From assembly GCA_963845755.1 (NCBI GenBank), contig CAWJTV010000039.1:192001-256000 (forward strand): a stretch of DNA of 64,000 nucleotides. Direction: 5' to 3'. Below the pieces are notes generated by a model, which saw only the letters and a list, made by a program, of their open reading frames with translations, was not told where the DNA came from and searched no databases. Source of the stretch: an uncultured Planctomycetota bacterium (GTDB taxonomy: Bacteria > Planctomycetota > Planctomycetia > Isosphaerales > Isosphaeraceae). Of the stretch, positions 31,302 through 43,600 are shown in pieces. Each line of letters opens with the position of its first letter. The first letter of the stretch is position 1. A program made the translations under genes and the position numbers.

Positions 31302-34300
31302 ATGTCGCGCATCCGTCTGAGTTTCGCCCAGCGTCGCCGTCGTGCCTTGATGGTCAGGCCGATCCTCCTCAGTTTGGAAGCGCGAAACGCGGTTACGCCC
31401 ATGGGAGCGGCCTCGCTTGGCCTTGGAACGCTTGGCGTCATGCATGCAAACGGGGGGGGGTAGTGCTCTGATCCGATCCGCCTCCGGCATTGCGGCGAGT
31501 TCTCCGGCGGGAGGGAGGAACCTGCTCGATGGTGCCCAGCGGCAGACCCTCGACTCAGCCCGCGATCGATGGGCCACGCGGATCGCCGACGGCGCGCCAG
31601 GAAGCCAGGGCTCGGGGGGTGTTCTTCCGGACGTCCCGGCGATCGCGAGTCCGAAGGTGAGTGGATCCTCAACGGCCGATGACGCCACAAACCTCAGCGG
31701 AATGCTCGGCAAAGGCTCCGATCGGCCTGCGCAGCCCACCGGTATCTCGGCGCCGTGGAAGCCGGATCAGCGCGGTTGGGTGCCGGCGGCGGCGCCTTGC
31801 CACCGCGCGGTGGGTCGGGGAGCATCGCGGCGGGGGTCGCCCTCGCCACGGCGAAATCGGCCGCAACGACCCGTCCCGCGGCAGCCAACCCCACCTCAGC
31901 CGGCTCCTCGGCAGCCTCCTCGGCGCTGCTCTCCACGCTCGGGCTCAACTCCGTCACCTCGCAGGCAGTGACGACCGTCAGCCGCAACGCCCTGGCCACC
32001 GCTCTCAACAGCCCTGGCGGAGCCGGCACGATCCAACCCCCGAGCAATCCCGGACCACTTACGCCGTCCCCGGCCTTCACGCTCCTGACCCTCGATTACA
32101 ACCACGGCACGGTTATGGTGCCCGGCTTCGACCAGCTCGCCACACCCGGCGGCGCCGTGGACCTGCGCGCCCAGGTCGTCGAACTCGGCCTCCGGCACCT
32201 ACACCTATTCCTGGAACACCTCCGGCCTGACCAGCGCCAGCGGCATCAGCGGGAGCAGCTCCTACGACCTCACGTTCCACTGGGCCACTTCGATCAGCAC
32301 ATCCCAGGCTGAATCCGCGACCCTCACCGTCACGGACCCGAGCAGCAACCAGGTCAGCCAGACATACACCTTCTGGGTGCCCGCCGGCTCCGGCTCGACG
32401 ACCGGGGGCACGACCTGGCCCTCGTCGCTCGACCCGGGCGCCATCGCGGCCAGTTCCCCCGCCGTTTCCAGCGGCAACGTCTCGGTCGTCTCGGCCACGG
32501 GCGCCCTGATGACCTCGATCGATATGCCCAGTTACAACCCCAATGTCCCCGCGCTCTCGCTGGTCTACAACTCCCTGGCCGCCAACGCGATGCCGATCGT
32601 GGTCGCCGAGCATCCGCTCAGCGCCAGCCTGGCCACGCCCTCAAAGGTCTCGGCGCAATTGACGTTCGACGGCACAGCCCTGACGACCTACTATTACAAC
32701 ACCTCATCGCTGACGCCCGGCGACATCATGCAGATTGGCCTCCAGGCCACCAACACCACCAGCCTGGACTCGGGCAGCTACCCCTACACGATGACCGTCG
32801 CCGACGACCGCAGTGGCTCCTGGACGACGGTCACCTACAACGGCACGGCCACGGTCGAGAATGCGGCTAAAGATCCAACCTTCTCCGCCCTCGGCGCCGG
32901 CTGGACAGTCAACGGGCTGACGAAGATCATCCCGGGCACCGGTGGCGTGCTCCTGGATGAAGGGGGCGGCTCGGTCCTGTGGTACTCCGGGAGCTTCGGC
33001 AGCGGCGGCGGGACCTACACCAGCCCGGCCGGCGATTTCAGCACCCTGGTCCTCAACAGCAACGGCACCTGGACGCGGACCCTCACCGACGGCACCAAGC
33101 AGAACTTCGCCGCGACCACCGGCCTGGAGACGACCAGCGTCAACCGCAACGGCCTGACCACGACGTTCACCTATTCCGGTAACCTCCTGACCAAGATCAC
33201 TGACCCGTTCAGCCAGGTCACCTCGTTCACCTACAGCGCCGGCGATCTCCAATCGATCAAGGACCCGGCGAACCGCCTGACAACCTTCACCATCTCGAGT
33301 GGCAAGCTCACCGCCGTCGAATATCCCGACACCAGCACCTGGGATTACGGCTACGATTCCGCCAAGCGGATGACCAGCGTAACCGAGCCATCGTCGGCCG
33401 GTGAGCCGACCAAGATCACCACGATTACGTACGATGCCGCCGAACGAGTGGGTACGGTAACGCGGGCCGACAGCACGACGGAGGAGTTCTCGGCCGGCCA
33501 GGAGCAGGGCTGGACCAACAGCGGCACATCGAGCAGCCCGGCGCCGGCGACCTTGCTGGCCCAGGTGGGCTCGACCCACACCGACCCGCTGAGCAACGTG
33601 ACCACGTCGCGCCCCGATTGGTATGGCCTGGGCCAGACCAGCCAGACGACCGACGCGCTGAGCAACGTCACGACGGTTGACCTCAATTCCAACGGCCTGG
33701 CCACTGTTACCATCGACCCGATGAACCGGATCACCCAGGATGCCTATGATTCCAAGGGGAATGTCACCGAAATCACCAACCCCGACGGGACCACGGTCAC
33801 CTACGGTACGTACAACAGCTTCGCCGAGCCGTCGACGATGACCAACGAGCTGGGCAAGACGACGTCCTACACCTACGATTCCCACGGAAACGAAACGGTC
33901 ATCGAAGATCCGATGACCTACTTGACGACGATGACCTACACGTCCAACGGCGAGGTGTCGACATCCATCGACGCAAACAACAAAACGACTACGTATCAAT
34001 ACGACAGTCTGGACCGGCTCACGACCACGACGTTCCCTGACGGCACGACCAACGTGAATTCGTACAATTCCCAGGGAAACGTGACCCAGGCCACTGACGG
34101 CCGGAGCAATTCGACGACCTACGCCTACGACGCCATGAATCGCGAAACGGGCATGACCAATGCCCTGAGTGGCCACACCACGTACCAGTACGACGCGGCC
34201 GGCAACCAGACCGCCGTCACCGATCCGCTGGGTAACACGACCACCAATGTCTACGACGCGATGGACCGGCTCACGACCGCGACGACCCCGTTGGGTTACA

Positions 34301-36985
34301 ACACCGTTTACGGCTACGACGCCGACGGCAACCAGACCTCGGTCAAGGACCCCCTCGCGCGGATCACCACAACCGTATACGATGCGCTGAACCGCCCGAC
34401 CGTCGTCATCGACCCCATGAGCGGGCACACCACGACGACCTACGACGCCGACGGTGAGGTCATCCAGGAGAAGGACGCCCTGGGCCGGATCACGACGACC
34501 AGCTACGACGCACGGGGCCGGGTCGCCACGACAACTGACCCGCTCGGCAACACGACGACCTATTCGTACACGTCGACCGGCCAGCAAGCCACCGTGACGA
34601 CCGAGACCCAGAGCGGCGGCACAGCGACCACAACGCACACGTACAATGCCGACGACCGGCTCGTCTCCACCACGGATCCGCTCTCGAACATCACCACATA
34701 CGGCTACGACGGCGTCGGCAACCAGAAGACCGTGGAAGATCCCGACGCGAATACGACCACGACCGTTTACGATTCGCGAAACCGGGTGATCGAGACGATC
34801 GAGCCACTCGGAGTGACGGTCAGCTATACTTACGACAACTCGGGCAACCAGCAGACGGTTACCGATGCTCTGGGCCACACGACGACGACGCTGTACGACG
34901 CTCTCGACCGCGCCACGACGACGATCAGCGCCGTAGACGGCACGACCACAACGACCTACGATGCCGACGGCCATGAAACCAGCACGACCGACCCGGTGGG
35001 CAACAAGACCCAGTGGGCCTATGACGCCGACGGCCGCATGACAACCCAGACCAATCCCAACGGCTCGACGGTGACCAACACCTACGACTCAGACAATGAG
35101 CTGACGGACACTACCGATGCCGACGGCCGCCGCACGACCTACTCGTACAACGCCGATGGCGACCAGTCGGGCGCGACCTGGGTCGGCACCACTCCATCCG
35201 AGATCATTACTTTCACCTACGATGCCGAAAACGAGTTGACCGGCGCCGCCGACAGCTTCGCCACGCTGACGTTCACCTACAACGGCGGCGAATTGCAAAC
35301 TGCGGCTACCTCCGGCCCAGGCTCCGGCCAGCCCAGCGTCCTGCTCTCCTACACCTACGACCCCGCGGGGAACGAGACCAGCGTCACGGACAACCTGTCG
35401 AGCCAGGGTGTCACGTCCTTCACCTATAACGCGGGCGAACAGGTCACGGGGATCGCGGCTTCCTACGGCGGCACGACCATCCCGCAGGTCAGTTACACCT
35501 ACGAGCCGAACGGCCAGATTGCCACCGAGTCGCGGATGATCAGCGGCTCGGGCAACCAGGTGAACACCGCCTACAGCTACGATTCCGTCGATCGCCAAAC
35601 GACGATCAGCGATACGCGCTATGGCCTGGTTCCGGGATTCGGCTCGACCCCCATCGGCACGTATGTCTACGCCTACGACCAGGCAAGTCGCGTGACGAGC
35701 GAGACCGACAAGGAGGGCACGGCCACGTTCACCTACGATAATGCCAACGAGCTGACGGCCGTCGGCGGCTCGCGGACCGAGTCGTACAGCTACGATGCCA
35801 ACGGCAACCGGACCGGGACCGGCTACACGACGGGGACAGAGAATGAGATGACCAACTCGCCGGGGAATACTTACACCTACGACAGCGCGGGTAATCTGGT
35901 CTCGGACAACAACGGCACCACGATCACGACGTACACCTACGACTATGAGAACCGCTTGACAGGGGTGAAGGTCGGCGGTACGATTGTGGCAACATATACC
36001 TATGATGCGCCTGGGCCGGCGGATCGACGTCGATGACAGCGGATCGCAGACCTGGACTGTCTACGACGGCACCGGCGCCGATGCCAACACGTACGCGGAC
36101 TTCACCAGTTCCGGCAGCTTGGGTGAGCGCTACCTCTTCGGTCCGACGATGGTGGACGGCGCGGTGACGCCGGGTATCCTGGGTCGGACCAGCTCGGGCG
36201 GGACGACCGCCTGGTACCTGACCGACAAGTTGGGCACCGTACGCGACGTCGACAGCACGTCGGGAACCAACCTCGACCACATCGTCTACGACAGCTTCGG
36301 CAACATCGTCACGGAGACCAACGCGACCAACGGCGACCGGTTCAAGTTCGCGGGGATGGAATACGATGCCACGACAGGGCAGAGCTACGACCGGGCGCGC
36401 TATTACGACGAGGCGATCGGGAGGTTCATGGCACAGGATCCGATGGGGTTTCAGGCGGGTGATGAGGATCTCTACCGCTACGTTGGGAACGGGCCTACAG
36501 ACGCCACGGATCCGAGCGGTCTCATAAAGGTTGAGATAGGCGCGATCACACGCCCTGCCAAGAATCTACCGCCGGGTTATGGCGTTGTAAGGGTTGATTA
36601 TCGTATTACAGACAACTATGATCCTGATCTCTTAACTGTCGTCTGGCTAAACGCAAAAGCAGTCTGGACGTCGGCAGCTGGCAAGACTCTCGACGCGCTC
36701 GATACGGTCTTATATGTAAAGATCGCCACGCAGAAAGTGTACAGAGGTTTCTTCTGGGAGGTCTTCCCGTCATCCTTTTGGGAGGGCCCTCGGCTCCCCA
36801 ATGTGAAGGTGGAGGCCGTGGAGCAGGACCGGAGTGGACTTGGGGTAGTTACCATGCCCTCCGCATCGGACCAAACGAATGTACCTCCTCCCGGAGCGTT
36901 CCCACCACCGACTCCACCAAAGCCTATAACACCGAGGCCTGTGCCAGTTGGACCGCCGGGCCCTGGCCCCATTAGACTGGGTTAA
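31302..36985 (+). CDS. RHS/YD-repeat protein with variable C-terminal tip (several frameshifts)
   Basis: LEARN leader; dozens of YD repeats; core end YDSFG...RYYD...GRFMAQDP...LYRYVGNGPTDATDPSG; tip 36521-36985. Confidence 0.9.
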
Positions 36986-37271
36986 TGGCTGATGTACAGG
37001 GAGCCCTAGTGGAGCCCGGCTTCATCCGTGAGGCTCTTTTGAGCGCATTGGTTCGATAATGGTTAGTGTGCACAGGCAACCAAAGGGATTGTATTATAAA
37101 TTTAATCAGATGATATTATCATTATCTATTAAAAATCTGGATCGGACACAACGGTGTGCAGATCATCGAGGTCGCTGGCGGTCTCCTCCCAGCGCGTCGA
37201 TAATCCTGTTAGAATGGCCCGAAGCCACAGAGCCGGCGTGTCCCAAACTCCGAACCCCCGGGGCCATCATA

Positions 37272-38154
37272 ATGCACGACAATCCGATCCGACGCTCTGG
37301 ATGGAGATACCCGCGGCTCACCGTGCGCGTGTTTATAGTCCTCGTACTACTTGTCGGCGCCTGGCTAGGATGGACGGTGCGCACGGCAAGTATCCAGCGC
37401 GACGCCATCACCGCAATTGAAAAAGCCGGTGGCCGACTCTTTTATTCGTGGGAGTGGAAGAATGGCAAACTAATCCCGTTTGGCAAGCCCAAATGGCCGA
37501 ACTGGTTGGTGCGTCGGCTTGGTGTCGATTACTTCGGCCATGTCGCGATTGTTTCCCTGGCTGGCATGGGGAATTCTCGAGATTTTGAGTACTGTCTCGT
37601 CAAGGGAAAGGCGGGAGGCGGGGTTTCTGTTACTGGCTTGGGGAAGAACTGGGGTTATGTGACCCTCGATCCGGTGCAGCGTCTCATCGAGGATCCTGGG
37701 GGAGATTCAGTCGTGCGTGAGGAAGTGATGAAGCACCTTGGCGGCGCTAACTAGCCTCGAAGAGCTGGAGCTCCAGGGTGCTCGGGTCGATGACACTGCG
37801 TTGGCCCACCTCAAGGACCTGACAAACCTCTGGTGGCTGAACCTCAGTGATACTGAAGCCGGCGATGCCACACTGGCTCATCTGAATCGCTGCACTCGAC
37901 TTCAAGACTTGCGGCTCAAGGGTAGCAGGATCACGGATGGCGGAATCGTGCACCTGAAGGGGCTGACCCGTCTCAGGTTTCTGAATCTGGACGATACTCG
38001 GATCACCGACGCCGGGCTCGTACACCTGAAAGGGCTGGCCAACCTCCGTGAACTGAGCTTAGACGGTACCGACGTCACCGACGCCGGGGTAGGAGAGCTC
38101 CAGAAGGTGTTACCTAGGTTGAAGATCTCGCACTGGGCGATCGCAAATCCCTGA
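37272..38154 (+). CDS. Membrane-anchored leucine-rich-repeat protein (frameshift near 37745)
   Basis: N-terminal TM; P.WL...LGVDYFGHV; repeats ITDAGLVHLKGL..L..L.L. Confidence 0.85.
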
Positions 38155-38205
38155 GCAAGGCGAGTCAAGGGAAGGTCCCTAAGTTCAGCAAACGACGCCA
38201 CTCCC

Positions 38206-40432
38206 GTGACATCGATCATCATCCCCTGCTGGAATCAGCGGGAATTCACCGAGCTCTGCGTTCAGGCCCTGTTCCGGCACACCCTGCCGGCCTGGGAGTT
38301 GATCGTCGTCGATAATGGCTCGACCGACGATACGGCCGCTTACCTGGCCGGCGTCCGGGATGCCGCCAGCGTGCCGGCCACAATCATCCGCAACCCCGAG
38401 AACCTGGGGTTTCCCCGGGCGATCAACCAGGGCTTGCAGGCGGCGCGCGGCGAATACCTCGTGTTGCTCAACAACGACGCGGTGGTCACCGATGGCTGGC
38501 TGGATCAGCTCATCGCTCTGACCGCGGCCCGTCTTGAGCAAGAAACGAATGGCGGCGGAGGCCAATTCTCAACCCCCCCTGGCCCCCCCTTCGCAAGGGG
38601 GGGAGAGTTCTGCGAATCGCCGACCTCATCCTGGACCGAGGATCGGACTCGTCGGGCCGATGTCGAATTACGCGACGCCGCCACAACTGGTCGAAGGCGT
38701 TTCGTATCGCGACCTGGACGAGATGCAGGCGTTTGCCCGACGATGGCGCGGCGAGCATCGCGGGAACTGGTTCACGGTGGCCAAGCTGTCGGGGTTCTGC
38801 ATCCTGATGACGCGGGCGGTGTATGAGGCCGTCGGCGGGCTGGACGAGCGGTTCGGGCTGGGATTGTTCGACGACGACGACCTGGCCGAACGGGCGCGGC
38901 GGGCCGGGTTCGCGCTGGCGGTGGCTCATGACCTGTTCATCCACCACTTCGGCAGCCGGACGTTTGTGGGCAACGGCATTGATTCCTCGGCGTTGCTGGA
39001 GGAGAACGCGCGGCGGTTCGCCGCCAAGTGGGGGCAGGATGCGCCGCGGGGGCGGCGCGTGGAGTTGCGGCCTTTTGAGCCGTCCTCCCCTGACGCGGCA
39101 TTCGTCCGCAACCCAGGAGGAATTCCCGATTCGAGATTCGAGATTCCGCAATGGTCTCCCCCGGCAATCGGGAGTGGGGAACTGGGGATGCCCACGATCG
39201 GCGCACGCCGCAAACACTCTACCAGGGGGGAAGAGAGGCCCCGTATTACGCTAACGATGATCGTCCGGGACGAGGAGGAGAACCTGCCGAAGTGCCTGGA
39301 ATCGATCCGGGGGATCTTCGACGAGATCGTGGTCGTCGATACCGGCAGTACGGACCGGACGGTCGAGATCGCCCAATCGTTCGGTGCGCGGGTGTTCGAC
39401 TTCGTCTGGGTCGATGACTTCGCCGCCGCTCGCAATGCCGCTCTGTCGCACGCCACCGGCGATTACGCTTTCTGGCTCGACGCCGATGATGTGGTCGAGC
39501 CGTTCGAGCGGGAGAGGCTGCGGGCGCTGCTGGACACTCTCGGAGGCTCGGTACATCCTCGGGAGGGCGAGCCTCCGTGCGAGCCGAATTCAGGGGCGGC
39601 TCGCACGGAGGCTCGCCCTCCCAGGTCGCTTCGATCGCCTGATGACGTCGCGGCCTACGTCGTGCGCTGTGCCTGCGATCCCGGCGCCGACGGCAGCGGC
39701 GGCGAGACGGTCGTCGATCACGTCCGGCTGTTCCCGATCCGCCAGGACGTCCGCTGGAGCTATCGCGTCCACGAGCAGATTATGCCGGCGCTCCGCCGGG
39801 CCGGGATTCCCGTGCGGTGGACCGATCTCGTGGTGCGGCATACCGGCTATGTCGACCCGGCGCTGCGCGCGCGGAAGCTCGAGCGCGACGCGCGCATCCT
39901 CCAGGAGGAGCTGAAAGACCGGCCGGAGGAGCCATTTATCCTGTTCAACCTCGGTGCGATCGCCATCGAGCGTCGGGATTGGCAGGGCGCGCTGGGATAT
40001 CTCCGCCGAAGCCTGGAGCGGTCGGCGCCGAGCGACTCGATCACGCGGAAGCTGTTCGCCTTGATCGCCCGGGCGCATCAGATGCTCGGAGATTCGGCCG
40101 CGGCGCTTCGCATTTGTGCCGAGGGCCTGGCGATCGATCCGGACGACGCCGAGCTCTGGCATCGCAAGGCGGTCGTGCATCGGCATCGCGGCGAGTCGGC
40201 CGATGCGGAGACCTGCTGGCGGCGGATCCTTTCGCTACGGCGGCCCGAGCGCTTCGCCAGCCTGGACATGGGGATCTATGGCCACCTCACCCGGCGCAAC
40301 CTGGCGTTGCTAGCCCAGGAGCGTGCCGAGCACGACGAGGCGGCGCGGCTGTGGTGCGAAGTGCTCGCCGAATGTCCTGGCGACCGTGAGGCACTGGTCA
40401 TGGTGGAGCGACTCCAGCACTCCAGTGGTTAA
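38206..40432 (+). CDS. Double GT2 glycosyltransferase with TPR tail (frameshift near 38550)
   Basis: SIIIPCWN...VVDNGSTD...NLGFPRAINQG...LLNND; second domain MIVRDEE...VDTGSTD...DDFAAARN...LDADD...RVHEQ; TPR helices. Confidence 0.9.
39561..39622. repeat. Perfect 26-bp-stem hairpin inside the GT coding sequence
   Basis: GGGAGGGCGAGCCTCCGTGCGAGCCG-10 nt-CGGCTCGCACGGAGGCTCGCCCTCCC. Confidence 0.9.
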
Positions 40433-40499
40433 CAAAGGGATCGGGTACATCCCAGGGAAGCGGCAATCTGGACCGTCTCGAAGGTCGTCCTTACGCCGA

Positions 40500-40620
40500 G
40501 GAACGCCGACGAAATAACCTCCCGATGGTTGGGGGGACATCTGGGTCGGTTCCGGGAAGTTGTTTCGTCAGCGTTCCGAGCGGCCAGGAGGGCCGTTCCC
40601 ACGCGGGAGTGTGGGTACGA
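40500..40620. repeat. 78-bp hairpin repeat plus REP half
   Basis: Direct copy of 30274-30351, followed by CGTTCCCACGCGGGAGTGTGGGTACGA (inverse of 30204-30230). Confidence 0.8.
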
Positions 40621-40638
40621 GATCGCCCGGTGTCCTCG

Positions 40639-43600
40639 CTACCGTATCGATTTTTTCCGGAACGCCGATCGTGCGGTCGTTGCTGGGCGCCGAACCGTAA
40701 TTGACTCGCGCGGCATCGCCGTCCAGAGGAAGAGTTCCGAGCGGCTTTCGGCCGTCTCGGCGCAGGTTGCCAGGGTCAGGCCGTCGGGTGAGAAACGAAC
40801 CTGGTTGACCGGACCGGTGTGGCCTTCGAGCGTCGCAAGCTCTCGGCCTGTGGCGACGTCCCAGAGGTGCACGCATCGATCGTCAAGACCGGCCGCCAGC
40901 GTACGACCGTTGGGAGAGAAGGCCATGGATCTCACCCAGGTCGCGGGTCCCGATATCTGCGCCAGGGAACTCAAGGACTCGGAATCCCAGAGGATGATCG
41001 TCCCTCCCGAACCACCCGTCGCCAGGATCGAGCCATCCTGGGAGAATGCCTGGGAGATGATCGCGTCCCGATGTCGACCCTCCGTCGCGGTCCGGGGCCG
41101 AGCGGAGGGGATGTCCCACAGGACGGGAGTCCCCGCGCCCCAACCCCAGATCGACAAGGAATCGCCCCGAGGTGAGAAGACCAGGGCATAGCCGTTGGAT
41201 CGTTCGAGGCGCTTCGACTCGCCGTTGCGGGCCACATTTTGGAGGAATACCGAATCGCCGTGATCGGATCGAGCGACCCATTGTCCATCGGCAGTGACCG
41301 CCAGATGACCGTTGAATGCCCGTGGGACCGGATAGTTCCCGAGTCGTCGGCCACCCGGAAGTTCCCACAAGGTGACGGTGTCGGACTCTCCGGCCGTCAC
41401 CAGCAGACGCGCATTGCGCGCGAGGGCCGCGTGACGAATCGGATAGCCTGCGGTGCCGGGATTCACGGCCGAGAGAGCACCCCCCTGCGCATCGCGGATC
41501 CAGACCCGACCCGCGTCGTCGGCCATAGTGATCGTCGCCCCATCGGTTGAGAACGCCAGCGAGGAGATCCTGCCCGTTGGGATGCGAATCGAGATCCGAG
41601 ACCGATCGCGTTCGAGGTCCCAGAGCCTGACCGTCGATTGCCCGCTTACGGTCGCCAGCGTACGCCCATCGGGAGAATACGCGACGCACCAGAGCCCGTC
41701 GTGGCCGCTGGCGATCGATTCATGGGCACATGTGGATCGGTTGATGAGGTGGATCGGGCCGTGCGTCCCGACCGCGGCCAGGGTTTGATCGTCCGGCGAA
41801 AAGGCGACGGACCGGAGTTCCGAATCATTCGTCGGGAAGATCGCCGTGCGCGTCCAGGTGCGCGTCTCCCAGAGTTCCACGTCGCCGCCTCGACCGCACG
41901 TGGCCACGGCGCGTCCATCATGCGAAAACGTGGCGCAACGGGCCTGACCGTCTTGACGCGCCAGGCGAGCGAGTTCCCGGCCGTCGATCAAACACCTGAT
42001 GATCGTGCCGTGACCCGCGATGGCGAGGGTCGTGCCGTCGGGTGAAATCGCCATCGCCTGGAGATCCGGATTCGTCACATCGAACGAACGGACTTCCCGT
42101 AACGTCGCGGCGTCCCGGACGATCACTTTCCTCGCCCGGCCGCACGAGATCACCTGACGGCCGTCTGGCGAGAAAATCGCGGCGACGACCGGCTCGGAAT
42201 GATCCCGCATCGTGGCCAGGACCCGGCCGTTCCGGGCATCCCAGAGCTTGACGGCCTGGTCGTCACTGGCGGTCGCCAGGGTCCGGCCGTCGGGCGAGAC
42301 CGAGACCCAGTTCAGGTCATACGTGTGGGCGTCCTTTCCTTCCAGGACCCGGAGGATTCGCCCGGTGGCAACATCCCAGAGCCGAGCGGTCCGGTCCTGG
42401 CCGGCGGTGGCCAGGGTCATGCCGTCCGGGGAGAACATCGCGTGATAGACCTCACCCCGATGACCCCGGAGCGAGGGTCGGCCCACCTGACAGAGACGAT
42501 CGACGTAATGCCAGACGAATCCCCGGAGGTCTTCCTCGCCGGCCTCGGGCCGTTGGCGCTGGAGGACTTCCCGGGCCTGGTCCGGCAGGTTGTCCGCCCA
42601 GTGGCGATAGGCTTGCTGGACGTCGCGAGCGTATTGCTCGATGCGGCGGGCTCGCCCACTGCGGCGGGCCTCCTGATCCAATCGTGCGACCACGTGATGA
42701 GCCCGCATCCCGGTGGCGATCCCCACCACGCTGGTGGCCAGGAGCAAGACCAGGACGGACGCCAAAGCGGTCGACCGAGGATGGTGGCGGCAGAGCCGCC
42801 AGGCCCGCTCGACCGGGCCGGCCCGCCGCGCCGCGATTGGCCGGCCCGCTAGCCAGCGCTCCAGGTCCTCGGCCACGGCTTGTGCCGTGAGGTACCGACG
42901 AGCCGGTTCCTTCTCCAGGCATTTCAGGCAGATGGTCTCGAGGTCGCGGTCAACGGCGGGTCGGATCGTGCTCGGCGGGTCGGGGGCCTGCTCTCGGACT
43001 TGCTCCAGGGTCGCCTGCGGCGTCTCGCCCCGGAACGGCGCACGGCCGGTCAGCAGGGCATACAGCACTGCACCCAGGCCGTGGATATCGGTGGCTATGG
43101 TGACCGCCCCCTTCCGGCCGGTCGCCTGCTCGGGCGCCATGAAGGCCGGCGTGCCCAGCACCGCCCCGGACTGGGTCAGCTCGCTATCCCCTTCGACCCG
43201 CCGAGCCAGGCCGAAGTCGGCCACCAGCGGCTCGCCCCGATCATCGATGAGGATGTTCGACGGCTTCAAGTCGCGGTGGAGGATGCCCCGCTCGTGCGCA
43301 TGGACGATCGCGCGAGCCACCGCCGCCACGATCCGCGCCGCCGCCCGGGTGTCGCCGACATAGTCCTTGATCCGATCGCCCAGGCTCCCGCCCTCGACGA
43401 GCTTCATGCTGAAGAAGCCGCAGCCGCGATGTTCGCCAACCTCGTGGATCGGGACGATATGCGGATGGTCGAGGTTGGCCACCGCCTCGGCCTCGTTCCG
43501 GAATCGCCGCGCGTCGTCCGGGCTGGCGCATCCACCGTCGCGGATGACCTTGAGCGCCACCAGGCGATTCAGGCTCCGTTGCCGCGCCCGATAGACGATC

